This document shows, piece by piece, positions 36,854 through 46,153 of a DNA stretch of 64,000 bases. The notes beneath the pieces were generated by a model that did no database searches, was not told the origin of the DNA, and was given only the letters and a program-made list of their open reading frames with translations. The DNA is taken from NCBI GenBank assembly GCA_964596875.1, contig CAZQVT010000001.1, positions 175,161 to 239,160 on the forward strand, given 5' to 3'. The first letter of the stretch is position 1, and the number at the start of each line of letters is the position of its first letter. The stretch comes from an uncultured Candidatus Saccharibacteria bacterium (GTDB lineage Bacteria > Patescibacteriota > Minisyncoccia > Phycocordibacterales > DATDWN01). The position numbers and the translations under genes were made by a program.

Positions 36854-38755
36854 CTATTTATTGTCTTCTGGTTTCTTTTCCTCAAAGTCCGCGTCTCGAA
36901 CATTATCCCCTTCTTGTTTTGGAGCCTCAGTTCCAGCACTAGCGTTTGCTTTGTTTATCGCCTCCCCTATTTTAGATGTTTCGTTTGAAAGATCTACAGT
37001 AGCTTTTTTAATCGCTTCTATCTCTGAAGCAGTATTTGCAAGTACATCTTTCAATGCTTTAGATTTTTCTTCTACACTTGCTTTTACATCACTAGGCACT
37101 TTGTCGCCTGCATCTTTTAATGCTTTTTCTGCTGTGTAGATAAGTTGCTCACCAATGTTTTTTGCTTCAACAAGATCTTTTTTCTTTAAGTCGTCTTGTG
37201 CGTGCATCTCTGCGTCCTTTTGCATTTTTTCTATGTCCTCTTTAGAAAGTCCAGAACGAGCCTCTATGCGAATAGACTGCTCTTTGTTTGTCGCTTTATC
37301 TTTTGCTTTTACTGATAGGATTCCGTTTGCATCTACATCAAATGAAACTTCTACCTGAGGCATACCTCTTGGTGCAGGTGGAATACCGTCTAGAATAAAT
37401 CTACCTAGGGACTTGTTGTCACTTGCCATCGCTCTTTCACCTTGAACAATGTGAATTTCTACAGAAGTTTGATTGTCGGCTGCCGTAGAGAAAACTTGTG
37501 AACGACTTGCAGGGATAGTCGTGTTTCTCTCAACTAGTTTTGTTGCAACACCTCCCATAGTTTCGATACCAAGAGAAAGTGGAATAACATCTAGAAGTAG
37601 AACGTCTTTAACATCACCAGCAAGTATTCCACCTTGGATAGCAGCACCTAGGGCTACAACTTCGTCTGGGTTTATAGACTTGTTTGGATCTTTCTGGAAG
37701 AACTCTTTAACTTTTTCTGCAATTTTTGGCATTCTTGTCTGTCCTCCTACTAGGATAACTTCATTTACTTGTGAAGTAGAAAAACCTGAAGCCTCCATAG
37801 CTCTTTTTGTGATAGCCATTGCTCGGTCAATGAATTCTGCTGTAAGCTCCTCTAGTTTTGCTCGAGTTATTTTTATAAGCAAGTGTCGTGGACCAGAAGC
37901 ATCAGATGTTATGAACGGAATATTTACTTCAGACTCCATTGCCGTAGAAAGTTCTATTTTTGCTTTCTCTGCAGCCTCATCAAGGCGCTGTAGTGCTAGA
38001 GTGTCGCCTCTTAGGTCTATACCAGATTCCTTTTTAAATTCATCTGCAAGGAAGTTAATAATTTTTTGGTCAATATCTTTACCTCCCAAGTGTGAGTCTC
38101 CGTCTGTAGATTTTACCTCTATAACAGAGTCCCCTACTTCTAGAACTGACACGTCGAATGTTCCGCCTCCAAAGTCGAACACTACGATTTTCTCTTCTTT
38201 TTTACCCTTGTCAAAACCGTATGCAAGTGCTGCGGCTGTTGGCTCGTTTATGATTCGCAATACTTCAAGACCTGCAATAGCGCCAGCGTCTTTTGTTGCC
38301 TGTCTTTGTGAGTCGTTAAAGTATGCAGGCACTGTGATGATAGCCTGTGTTACTTTCTCACCTATTTTTGCTTCTACATCTGCTTTGATTTTTGAAAGCA
38401 CCATTGCAGATATTTCTTCTGGAGAATAGTTTTTATCTCCCATCTTTACACTTACCCCGCCCGTAGAGCCTTTTGAAACAGCAAAAGGAACTATTGCTTT
38501 GTCTTTTTGAACAGCTTCATCGTCAAATGTGTGACCAATGAATCTTTTGATCCCAAAAACTGTGTTTGTTGGGTTTGTTACTGCCTGTCTTTTTGCTAAG
38601 AGGCCCACAAGTCTTTCACCAGTTTTAGATGTTGCGATGATAGAAGGTGTTGTTCTTGCACCCTCTGAGTTTTCTAATATTTTTGGTTGCCCTGCTTCCA
38701 TGATTGCGACAGCAGAGTTTGTTGTACCTAAGTCGATACCTATTATTTTTGCCAT
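36854..38755 (-). CDS. dnaK: molecular chaperone DnaK (Hsp70)
   Basis: [16 protein letters not shown], full 633-aa Hsp70. Confidence 0.95.
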   Translation of the reverse strand: MAKIIGIDLGTTNSAVAIMEAGQPKILENSEGARTTPSIIATSKTGERLVGLLAKRQAVTNPTNTVFGIKRFIGHTFDDEAVQKDKAIVPFAVSKGSTGGVSVKMGDKNYSPEEISAMVLSKIKADVEAKIGEKVTQAIITVPAYFNDSQRQATKDAGAIAGLEVLRIINEPTAAALAYGFDKGKKEEKIVVFDFGGGTFDVSVLEVGDSVIEVKSTDGDSHLGGKDIDQKIINFLADEFKKESGIDLRGDTLALQRLDEAAEKAKIELSTAMESEVNIPFITSDASGPRHLLIKITRAKLEELTAEFIDRAMAITKRAMEASGFSTSQVNEVILVGGQTRMPKIAEKVKEFFQKDPNKSINPDEVVALGAAIQGGILAGDVKDVLLLDVIPLSLGIETMGGVATKLVERNTTIPASRSQVFSTAADNQTSVEIHIVQGERAMASDNKSLGRFILDGIPPAPRGMPQVEVSFDVDANGILSVKAKDKATNKEQSIRIEARSGLSKEDIEKMQKDAEMHAQDDLKKKDLVEAKNIGEQLIYTAEKALKDAGDKVPSDVKASVEEKSKALKDVLANTASEIEAIKKATVDLSNETSKIGEAINKANASAGTEAPKQEGDNVRDADFEEKKPEDNK

Positions 38756-38774
38756 AAATTTTGTTTGTTAGTCA

Positions 38775-38900
38775 CAGAGCTTCCATTTTTGAAAAATTTC
38801 TTTGTTGGAACTTCGGAAACTCTCGTCACCTTATACTAGATAAGGCTCCTCGCTTTTCCTTGTTCCGCCTCGAACTTTTCTCAAAAACTGAAAGCGTGTG
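38775..38900 (+). repeat. intergenic structured hairpin element, copy E (in dnaK upstream region, + orientation)
   Basis: CTCGTCA-CCTTAT-ACTAG-ATAAGG-CTCCTCGC with outer GGAAA/TTTCC; compensatory stem change vs copies C and D. Confidence 0.65.
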
Positions 38901-38931
38901 GTTGATTAAAACTAGTAAAAATAAAACAAAA

Positions 38932-39237
38932 TTAATTTGAGTTTGGGCCTCTTGGTTTAGATCCTAGTGCGTAAACAGTAGCTAGTTTATATTTTTTAGA
39001 TACAAATAAAGTTTTAACAAAGTTGAAGATAGTTGTTTCAGTCTTTGAAACAATAGAAAGTAATAGGTCTCTACCCTTTAGAAGTAGTTGTTCAGTTAAG
39101 TATACAAAATCCAGTAGTCTAGCTTTTACTCTGCTACCTTCAAGGTAAACGAAAAATCTTGCACGAATAAGTTTGCCTTCCTTGTCTCGAAGTACTTTTT
39201 CTACGATATTAACTTGTGATTTTGTGACTTGTGTCAT
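38932..39237 (-). CDS. hypothetical protein between grpE and dnaK (101 aa)
   Basis: ORF only; ATG 39237 just after grpE stop; ORF-track TTG start at 39246. Confidence 0.3.
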   Translation of the reverse strand: MTQVTKSQVNIVEKVLRDKEGKLIRARFFVYLEGSRVKARLLDFVYLTEQLLLKGRDLLLSIVSKTETTIFNFVKTLFVSKKYKLATVYALGSKPRGPNSN

Positions 39238-39238
39238 T

Positions 39239-39838
39239 TTATTCAAAGTGTGCGACTTTTACTTTGGGCGCTCTTATCTCTTTTCCATTTAGTTCATATC
39301 CTACTTGTATTACGTCCAATATTTTACCCTCGTCATCCTTGCTGTCAACTTTTACTGTTTCTATGGCCTCATCTCTCTTACTATCATACATTTGTCCAAC
39401 AGGGTTTATTACATTTAAACCATGACCTGCCAAGGCGTTTAGAAGTTGAGTTCTTATATATTCGATACCAACTCTCCAGTTTTTATCTACTTTTTCCCAA
39501 GTCTCTTTGTTTCGCATTGCGTTGTCAAAAGAGTCTAGTGCTGGAATTATCTCAGAAATAAGGTCGGCTTTTGCAAACTTTAAAAACTCAGACTTTTCAT
39601 CCGCATCTCGTTTTCTAGAGTTAAGAAACTCTGCTTTATCGCGTTGCCAAGCATCCAAAATTTCTGCATTTTTCTTTTGCAACTCCTTTATTTGGGCCTT
39701 TAGTTTTTCTGTGCGGTCTTTTATCTCAGGAGCAAGGTTTTCCGGCATATCTTCAAAAGTGACATCGTCACCTGGGTCTGTGTCTACCTCGTCTTTTGTT
39801 ACTCTATTTAACTCTTCATCTCTCTGGTCATCATTCAT
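39239..39838 (-). CDS. grpE: nucleotide exchange factor GrpE
   Basis: coiled-coil N-terminus and C-terminal beta-domain typical of GrpE; start at MNDDQRDEEL. Confidence 0.85.
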   Translation of the reverse strand: MNDDQRDEELNRVTKDEVDTDPGDDVTFEDMPENLAPEIKDRTEKLKAQIKELQKKNAEILDAWQRDKAEFLNSRKRDADEKSEFLKFAKADLISEIIPALDSFDNAMRNKETWEKVDKNWRVGIEYIRTQLLNALAGHGLNVINPVGQMYDSKRDEAIETVKVDSKDDEGKILDVIQVGYELNGKEIRAPKVKVAHFE

Positions 39839-39891
39839 AGGACTGTATTTTAACACAAAAAATATATGGGTCAAATGTAGCACTTTGATTT

Positions 39892-39913
39892 AGTCGCCAT
39901 AGTACGAGGCGGT
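39892..39913 (+). repeat. direct repeat DR1 (AGTCGCCATAGTACGAGGCGGT, extends to ~35 nt)
   Basis: identical 22-mer at 40240-40261; both followed by (T)TTTTCGT. Confidence 0.7.
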
Positions 39914-39956
39914 CATTTTCGTATAAATATGTTATGTTAATTTCGGAGGTGCACAG

Positions 39957-40220
39957 ATGGCTTTTTGTCGACTTACTCGTGTAGTAAAGAAAGATGGAAC
40001 CACCAGGGATGTACTCCAGGTGTTTTACGATGATCAAAAGATCGAACCGGTAATTCTTGAAAAAGGAGAAGGAACTCAATATGTTATAGAAGGGACCACA
40101 ACCATCTTTGGGAATTCAGAAGAAATGCTTCCCGAAGATCTCAAGGCTGAGGTGCTGGCGATTCGTGATTCGATTGAGCGTGGTGAATTCGTAGACATTG
40201 ATCACAAGCTCGACAAGTGA
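39957..40220 (+). CDS. hypothetical small protein (87 aa), minicassette 6
   Basis: GGAGG RBS 7 nt upstream; 5'UTR homologous to cassette 3; flanked by direct repeats. Confidence 0.4.
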   Translation: MAFCRLTRVVKKDGTTRDVLQVFYDDQKIEPVILEKGEGTQYVIEGTTTIFGNSEEMLPEDLKAEVLAIRDSIERGEFVDIDHKLDK

Positions 40221-40239
40221 CCGTCACGTACGGCGATTA

Positions 40240-40261
40240 AGTCGCCATAGTACGAGGCGGT
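40240..40261 (+). repeat. direct repeat DR2 (terminator-like CGCC...GGCG + T6)
   Basis: copy of DR1 348 nt downstream. Confidence 0.7.
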
Positions 40262-40460
40262 TTTTTCGTTGGGTGATCTCTTAGTCTAGAGTAATTTACT
40301 CGTCGCCACTCCTAAATTCTCTCCGACCGCTGACTCGCTTGTTTTGTTTGCTAACAAAACATAGCTCCGTCTTCGAAGAGTAAAGAAAAAGCCCCATAAA
40401 AGGGGCTGTTTTCTATCTCTTCGACCAATGTGGAACGAAAATTTATTAAAATTTTCTCCT

Positions 40461-40517
40461 GGGAAACCCACAGTTTTCCCAATCTTTCCTCCACGGGAAA
40501 ACACCCAGTTTTCCCGA
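40461..40517. repeat. two tandem near-identical hairpins (C/T)GGGAAAAC-ACCCA-GTTTTCCC
   Basis: 9-bp stems 34 nt apart, REP-like. Confidence 0.55.
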
Positions 40518-40526
40518 CCCCTTTCT

Positions 40527-40594
40527 GCACCTCAGTGGAGTAAAAGAAAAACGCCCCTAAGGGCGTTAGTCTATCTTTTACTCCACTGAGGTGC
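40527..40594 (-). terminator. 20-bp perfect inverted repeat hairpin whose one arm is the last 7 codons of rpsI, nested canonical terminator in loop
   Basis: GCACCTCAGTGGAGTAAAAG...CTTTTACTCCACTGAGGTGC; loop contains CGCCCTTAGGGGCG+T5 on - strand. Confidence 0.6.
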
Positions 40595-40972
40595 TTTTCT
40601 CGCTTTTTTCAGACCGAATTTTCTTCTTTCCTTAGATCGTGGATCTCGTTTTAGGAAACCTGCTTTCTTTAGAGTTTTTCTTAGCATTTCGTCCCCTTCT
40701 ACAAGTGCTCTTGCAATACCGTGTCGCATTGCTTCTGACTGTGAGTGGATTCCTCCACCAACTATCTTTGCAGTGATCTTGAACTTTTCAGGAGTGTCTT
40801 TCAAAGGTTCTTTAACGATGTCTTGCATTCCCTTTATAGCAAAGTATTCATGTAGGTCTTTGTCGTTTACAACAAAACTTGTTTTAGATGCAGGAGTAAG
40901 TCGAACACGCGCAACAGAAGTTTTTCTTCTTCCAACAGTTTCTATGTATTTTTCTGATTTTGTTTTTTCCAT
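40571..40972 (-). CDS. rpsI: 30S ribosomal protein S9
   Basis: C-terminal ...KARKAPQWSKR. Confidence 0.9.
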   Translation of the reverse strand: MEKTKSEKYIETVGRRKTSVARVRLTPASKTSFVVNDKDLHEYFAIKGMQDIVKEPLKDTPEKFKITAKIVGGGIHSQSEAMRHGIARALVEGDEMLRKTLKKAGFLKRDPRSKERRKFGLKKARKAPQWSKR

Positions 40973-40988
40973 ATGTTTATTCAGTCTG

Positions 40989-41333
40989 TTATTCTGTTAT
41001 GATCAAATTATTCATCATCTTTGTTCGAAGTTTGTTCTTTGGAAGCATACCTGAAACAGCCTCTTTGAAAAGTTCACTGTATCCTTTTTTAGCAATAACT
41101 TGCTCCATAGTAGGCTGTCTTAGACCTCCTGGGTATCCAGAGTATCTACTGTAAGTTTTTTGTTTTCTCTTTGAGTCAAGGATAAGAGCTTTTGAAGTGT
41201 TTTTGATTTCAACCTTTACATCTGGAATAGAGTTTTTAGCAAATGTACCTAGGTTTTTACCCATTAGAAATACTGCTGCTTGTGTAGCTATTCTTCCGAT
41301 TCTTTTGTTTTCTGCGTCTAATGTGTATTTCAT
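40989..41333 (-). CDS. rplM: 50S ribosomal protein L13
   Basis: L13 N-terminal pattern, precedes rpsI. Confidence 0.85.
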   Translation of the reverse strand: MKYTLDAENKRIGRIATQAAVFLMGKNLGTFAKNSIPDVKVEIKNTSKALILDSKRKQKTYSRYSGYPGGLRQPTMEQVIAKKGYSELFKEAVSGMLPKNKLRTKMMNNLIITE

Positions 41334-41354
41334 AAAATTATATTTACTTAAAAA

Positions 41355-41702
41355 CTATACCAACTCTACTATTGCCATCAAACTTCCATCTGAAACTCTT
41401 GCAGGAAGTTTTGTGATTCTTGTATAACCACCTTTTCTGTCTGCATACTTTGGAGCAACATCTTTTACGATTTTAGTTGCGCCGATAGCTCCTATTTGTG
41501 ATACAAGGTTTCTTCTAGACGCTACTGTTCCTAGTCTTCCCGCAGTAATAAGTTTCTCTACCATAGGTCGTAGTTCTCTAGCCTTTGCGTCTGTAGTTTT
41601 TATTTTGCCCTCTAGAACCAATGCCAAAGCCAAAGACTTCATAAGTCCGTTTCTTACTTTTCTTTCTCGTCCGAATTTTCTGTTTGCTTTGTGATGATTC
41701 AT
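41355..41702 (-). CDS. rplQ: 50S ribosomal protein L17
   Basis: MNHHKANRKFGRE... L17 signature, after rpoA. Confidence 0.9.
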   Translation of the reverse strand: MNHHKANRKFGRERKVRNGLMKSLALALVLEGKIKTTDAKARELRPMVEKLITAGRLGTVASRRNLVSQIGAIGATKIVKDVAPKYADRKGGYTRITKLPARVSDGSLMAIVELV

Positions 41703-41724
41703 GTTAATAAATTACAAATGCTAA

Positions 41725-42678
41725 TTATTTTAGTGTTATTCCAAAAGTCTCTAGAACTTCTTTGATTTCTGCTACTCCTTTTGCTCCCATTCCTTCGATA
41801 TCTAGAAGATCCTTTTCTTTTTTTCTTGCTAGACCACCTACTGTTCGAATGTTTGCGTTTGAAAGGGCGTTTAAAGTTCTTGCTGAAAGGTTTAGAGTCT
41901 CGATTCTTGTTTTAAGAGAATCTTCGTCTGCAGCACTCTTTGTGAAGGGACCCTCACTTTCAGGGCTAGATAGTACCACATCTTCCTCTTTAAAACCAAT
42001 AATAGCTTTTAGCTGAGTTATCATAGTTTCGATACTCTTTTCTAGAGCCTCTTTAGGAGAAATAGTTCCATCTGTCTCGATAAAGATTTTTAGTCTGTTG
42101 AAATCTGTTCTGTCGCCTACACGCATGTTCTCTACTTCGTATGAAACTCGTCTGATAGGTGTGAAAATAGCATCAACTGTGATAGAGCCAATATCTACTC
42201 TGTTTTTTTGTAGAACCTCCTTTGGAACGAATCCAAGTCCCTTTTCTACAGTTATTTCCATGTTTAGTTCAGCATTTTTGTCTGTAAGGTTTGCAATAAC
42301 TAGATCTGGGTTAAGAACCTCAACACCTCCAGGAAGTTTGATATCAGAAGCTTTTACTTCTTTTGCACCTTTTACTTTTAGAGTTAGTGTCTGAGGCTCG
42401 TTTCCTACCATGTTGATTCTAAGTCTCTTTAGGTTTAGAAGCATAGTAATAGCGTCTTCTTTTACACCAGAAAGTGTAGAAAATTCATGCTCAATACCGT
42501 CTATTTTTACAGAAGTAACCGCTACTCCAGGTAGAGATGAAAGAATGATTCTTCTTAGAGAGTTTCCAAGAGTGTGTCCGTATCCAGGATAAAGACCGTC
42601 TATTTCATAAGAGCCACTGAAGTCAACTTCAGATACAATTTTTGGTTTTGATGGGATAACGATTGTGTAGTCAGACAT
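41725..42678 (-). CDS. rpoA: DNA-directed RNA polymerase subunit alpha
   Basis: NTD dimerisation motifs and CTD; 317 aa. Confidence 0.9.
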   Translation of the reverse strand: MSDYTIVIPSKPKIVSEVDFSGSYEIDGLYPGYGHTLGNSLRRIILSSLPGVAVTSVKIDGIEHEFSTLSGVKEDAITMLLNLKRLRINMVGNEPQTLTLKVKGAKEVKASDIKLPGGVEVLNPDLVIANLTDKNAELNMEITVEKGLGFVPKEVLQKNRVDIGSITVDAIFTPIRRVSYEVENMRVGDRTDFNRLKIFIETDGTISPKEALEKSIETMITQLKAIIGFKEEDVVLSSPESEGPFTKSAADEDSLKTRIETLNLSARTLNALSNANIRTVGGLARKKEKDLLDIEGMGAKGVAEIKEVLETFGITLK

Positions 42679-42758
42679 ATAGGGTAAGTTATTTTTTAAT
42701 AATTATTTAATAAATTTGTGAACTATAGTATACATTAAAACAATTAAAGAATCAAGAC

Positions 42759-43370
42759 CTATCTACTGTAGAACTCGATAACAGTGTTCAAGTCGAACAT
42801 ATTATCAACTTTGTTATATATAGGCTTTCCTTGCACTTCTCCTGCTCTCTTTCCTGCATCTAGTTTTAACCATGAAGGTAGTGATGAGTTTTTGAACTTT
42901 TCATCTAGGTTTACAAACAGAGGTTTGTTTGCAGAACGGTCGTTTATCTCTACCTTGTCCCCTATTTTTAGTCTCATAGAAGGAGTATCTACTTTTCTAC
43001 CGTTTACTTTCATATGACCATGAGAAACCATTTGTCTACTACCAGAACGAGTTGTTGCGAAACCTAGTCTGTATACTACGTTGTCTAGTCTTGATTCTAG
43101 ATATTCGAAAATAAGTTGAGGAGCGTGAGAAGTTTTCTTTGCTATAGCTTCTTTAACGTAGTTTGAGAACTGCTTTTCTGAAAGGCCATAAATAAATCTA
43201 GCTTTTTGCTTTTCGTTAAGTTGTGTACCAAACTCTGACTTTGGTTTTGAAAAGCCCTTTCTAGTTTTTGACTTTCTTTCTAGATGAAGAGCGTACTTTT
43301 GAGTTTGTGTCTTCTCAAAGATTGGTGCTCCTAGTCTTCTAGCTATTTTGTATTTTGGTCCTGTTATCAT
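42759..43370 (-). CDS. rpsD: 30S ribosomal protein S4
   Basis: S4 N-terminus and S4 RNA-binding domain. Confidence 0.9.
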   Translation of the reverse strand: MITGPKYKIARRLGAPIFEKTQTQKYALHLERKSKTRKGFSKPKSEFGTQLNEKQKARFIYGLSEKQFSNYVKEAIAKKTSHAPQLIFEYLESRLDNVVYRLGFATTRSGSRQMVSHGHMKVNGRKVDTPSMRLKIGDKVEINDRSANKPLFVNLDEKFKNSSLPSWLKLDAGKRAGEVQGKPIYNKVDNMFDLNTVIEFYSR

Positions 43371-43388
43371 AATTTTTTTATGTTACTT

Positions 43389-43817
43389 TTATACTCTTCT
43401 CGGCTTTTTAGGCTTTGGTCCATTATGTGGTACAGGAGTAACGTCTTTTATAGAACTAATGTTCATTCCTTTTGAAATGAATCCTCTGATACCAGACTCT
43501 CTTCCTGATCCTACTCCTTTTACAACAACAGAAACCTCCTTCATACCCATAGTTGCTGCCTTTGCTCCTACGATTTCACCAACTTTTGCAGCTGCGAAAG
43601 GTGTACCTTTTTTAGCACCTTTGAAACCAATAGCTCCTGATGATGAAGTTGAAAGTACATTTCCTTTACTGTCTGTTAAAACGATCTGTGTGTTGTTGTA
43701 TGAAGATTGAACATACAAAATACCAACATCAACTTTCTTTTTTGATACTGTTGCAACTGGAGCATTTTTCGCTCCACCTTCACCTCCCTCTGTTTTTACA
43801 ATTCTTTTTTTACCCAT
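43389..43817 (-). CDS. rpsK: 30S ribosomal protein S11
   Basis: S11 C-terminal conserved region. Confidence 0.9.
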   Translation of the reverse strand: MGKKRIVKTEGGEGGAKNAPVATVSKKKVDVGILYVQSSYNNTQIVLTDSKGNVLSTSSSGAIGFKGAKKGTPFAAAKVGEIVGAKAATMGMKEVSVVVKGVGSGRESGIRGFISKGMNISSIKDVTPVPHNGPKPKKPRRV

Positions 43818-43833
43818 ATATTTTATTCAAATT

Positions 43834-44211
43834 TTATTTCTTATCGGCTACTTTTCTACCAGTACCCATAGTTTTCTTGGCACCTCGTTTAGTTCTGGCA
43901 TTAGTTTTAGTTCTTTGGCCTCGTACAGGAAGGTTTCGAGCGTGTCTTGTGCCTCTGTAAGTCTTGATATCTTTTAGTCTTTTAATGTTTCCAGCAACAT
44001 CTCGCTTTAGGTCTCCCTCTATTTTAAGAGTTTCAATAACCTTTCTGATAGCATTTTCTTGGTCAATAGTAATATCCTTTGGCTTTGTGCCATAGTCTAC
44101 CTTTGCCTTATCCAAAATAGTGTGAGAAAGAGAACGTCCTACACCGTAAAGCACAGTTAGTCCAATTTCAATTCTTTTCTCTTCTGGTATTGTGATTCCA
44201 AGTATTCTCAT
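43834..44211 (-). CDS. rpsM: 30S ribosomal protein S13
   Basis: MRILGITIPEEKR... S13 signature. Confidence 0.9.
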   Translation of the reverse strand: MRILGITIPEEKRIEIGLTVLYGVGRSLSHTILDKAKVDYGTKPKDITIDQENAIRKVIETLKIEGDLKRDVAGNIKRLKDIKTYRGTRHARNLPVRGQRTKTNARTKRGAKKTMGTGRKVADKK

Positions 44212-44236
44212 TTTGATATTTATTTAAATTTAGTTT

Positions 44237-44353
44237 GTTTGAGCTATTATCCTTGTCTTTGCTTGTGTCTTGCGTTTGCCGAACACACAACATAAACATA
44301 GCCCTTTCTTCGGACTACTTGGCAACTTGGACAGATTTTTTTAACAGATGATT
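44237..44353 (-). CDS. rpmJ: 50S ribosomal protein L36 (38 aa, [38 protein letters not shown])
   Basis: not in ORF track (<60 aa); hand-translated from reverse complement; zinc-ribbon CxxC...C...H pattern; between rpsM and infA. Confidence 0.8.
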
Positions 44354-44365
44354 TAACTTTCATAT

Positions 44366-44587
44366 TTATACTCTTTTTACAATCCTACCTTTTCCTCCAT
44401 ACGGATCGATTTCTACAGCGACTTTGTCGCCAACAAGAACTCGGATTCTGTGTAATCGCATTTTCCCTGAAAGATAAGTTAACATTTCCACCTCATTATC
44501 AAGTCTTTTAACCTTGAAAAACGTATTTGGAAGGGCCTCTATAACTTGGGCCAAAACAGCATCATCTTTTTTATTTTGATCCTGCAT
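44366..44587 (-). CDS. infA: translation initiation factor IF-1
   Basis: S1-like OB fold ...[28 protein letters not shown]; start at MQDQNKK. Confidence 0.85.
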   Translation of the reverse strand: MQDQNKKDDAVLAQVIEALPNTFFKVKRLDNEVEMLTYLSGKMRLHRIRVLVGDKVAVEIDPYGGKGRIVKRV

Positions 44588-44699
44588 TATTATATGTATC
44601 TTTTTTGAAAAATAACTATTAAGTAAAACCCTCAAACGCTCAAAATTTGTACAAGTAACATCCTAACAGAACTATGGGTATTAAGTCAATGCCCTAGCC

Positions 44700-46091
44700 C
44701 TATTCTAAAGTTAAGGTATTTACAAGGCTTACATCCTCTGGGTTTCTAGGTATGTTTTGGTTCCAAAAAGGCTTGGTTTCGATCCATGCTTCACTAACTG
44801 CTGGATACTGACTTATGACCACTTTTGCTGACTTTTTAGAGAGGCCAAGTAACTCAGTTTTAAGTTTGTTTTCATCAAAAACCCATACAAAATTAGCATT
44901 TCCTCCTATAGTAAACGATACTTGCTTGTCCACATCAGTAAAATTGTTTATCTTGAATTCTAGACTAGAAAGGTTAAGTATTTTTACAGCCTCAGACTCA
45001 ACATCAGGCATGAGTTTGTTTAGTAAGGCCTTTGAAAGTGCCCCCTTATCAAAAATAATAGCAGTTACTTTTGCTTTCTTTCGCAATGTCACATCTTGTT
45101 TGGTTGTGTCAGGAACTTGGACAGTATTTTCAAATTCAAATGAAAGTCCGTCTTTATACGAAACAAAATTTGCTGGTATTTGAGCTTCGATATCTTTAAG
45201 AAGAGTTGCTTCCAGTTCAGTTTTCATTTCTTTGTCTGAAGCGTCTAGTGTTTCCTTAGAAACCACTTTTTGCATACCAGAAAAACCTCCTGTCATTTCT
45301 GTCTTTGATCTAGCGTACACAGATGTATATTTAGGATCGCCCTTAAAACCAGGAATAGTAAAGTCTTTTAGGCCAATGTTGTAGGAAACTCCAGGTTTGT
45401 CTGCTTCTACAGTGACTTCTACGCTTCCCGGCACTGTTTTGCCGTCTTTTACCTCTCTACCAGGCACAGTTGCGGGAGCTATAAGTCTAAAAATAAGGCC
45501 TTCTGGGGTTTGGAAACGAGTAGTAGCAACAAGTTTTTGTGGCTGATTGTTAAAGTTGTTATAAATCACGATCTTTCCAGAACTTTTTCTATCTACTTTT
45601 TCTTCTCCAGAGGCTTTCGCTGTTTTTTCTATATCTTTAGACACGGTTACAGTCTGGAAACTTAAACCAGTCGCAACATCTTTTTTCGCGGTAAATGACT
45701 CTGAAATAGTTTTCTGTTCCTGTTTTGGAGAAATTTTTACAGTCGCTTTTTTGAAAAAAGCAGATACTGCAAATGCCAAAACTAAAATTAATACAAGTGA
45801 AGAAATGTAAAACCATTTTTTAGAAGGTTTTTTAGGTTCATTGAACTCGTATTTGTATGAAGGGGCATTGAAAGTCTCTGGAGGAGTTTTTATAAGTGGC
45901 TCTATCTTCATAGGAGCCTGTTTTATTATTGGAACTGGTCTAGAAAAGTCTTCTGCCATTTTAGGCATTTCTTCTGGCTCATCACGGTATTTTGGAGTCG
46001 GTGCCGGCTTTTCAGTTTCTCGTCTTCCAGCGAGTTTAACATTTCGAATAGATTTTTTAGGAACTACGTCCTGTACTACGTTCTTTTTCAT
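44700..46091 (-). CDS. hypothetical membrane-anchored protein (Pro/Lys-rich cytoplasmic N-terminus, one TM, large external domain); possibly PilN/O-like
   Basis: 463 aa; TM at ~aa 95-117; follows actin-like ATPase gene. Confidence 0.35.
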   Translation of the reverse strand: MKKNVVQDVVPKKSIRNVKLAGRRETEKPAPTPKYRDEPEEMPKMAEDFSRPVPIIKQAPMKIEPLIKTPPETFNAPSYKYEFNEPKKPSKKWFYISSLVLILVLAFAVSAFFKKATVKISPKQEQKTISESFTAKKDVATGLSFQTVTVSKDIEKTAKASGEEKVDRKSSGKIVIYNNFNNQPQKLVATTRFQTPEGLIFRLIAPATVPGREVKDGKTVPGSVEVTVEADKPGVSYNIGLKDFTIPGFKGDPKYTSVYARSKTEMTGGFSGMQKVVSKETLDASDKEMKTELEATLLKDIEAQIPANFVSYKDGLSFEFENTVQVPDTTKQDVTLRKKAKVTAIIFDKGALSKALLNKLMPDVESEAVKILNLSSLEFKINNFTDVDKQVSFTIGGNANFVWVFDENKLKTELLGLSKKSAKVVISQYPAVSEAWIETKPFWNQNIPRNPEDVSLVNTLTLE

Positions 46092-46153
46092 CCATTTTAT
46101 TGTAACTCAACCAAGTTGTTTTGCAAACAAAATAAACGTGGATAAATATAGAT

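Noticed and set aside
37473-38429. 318-aa Ser-rich + strand ORF antisense to dnaK (and several shorter antisense ORFs in the track)
   Set aside because: It is a low-complexity translation of the reverse strand of a highly conserved gene, with no start context. The same applies to most other short antisense ORFs listed inside trpS, aspS, leuS, alaS and similar genes.
39838-39883. N-terminal extensions from TTG/GTG starts reported by the ORF track (grpE, dnaJ, infA, UDG, asnB, ABC exporter, zinc-ribbon 1)
   Set aside because: In each case a downstream ATG with better RBS spacing matches the conserved N-terminus of the family (e.g. MKDYYQTLGV for DnaJ, MCGI for AsnB). I used those ATG starts.
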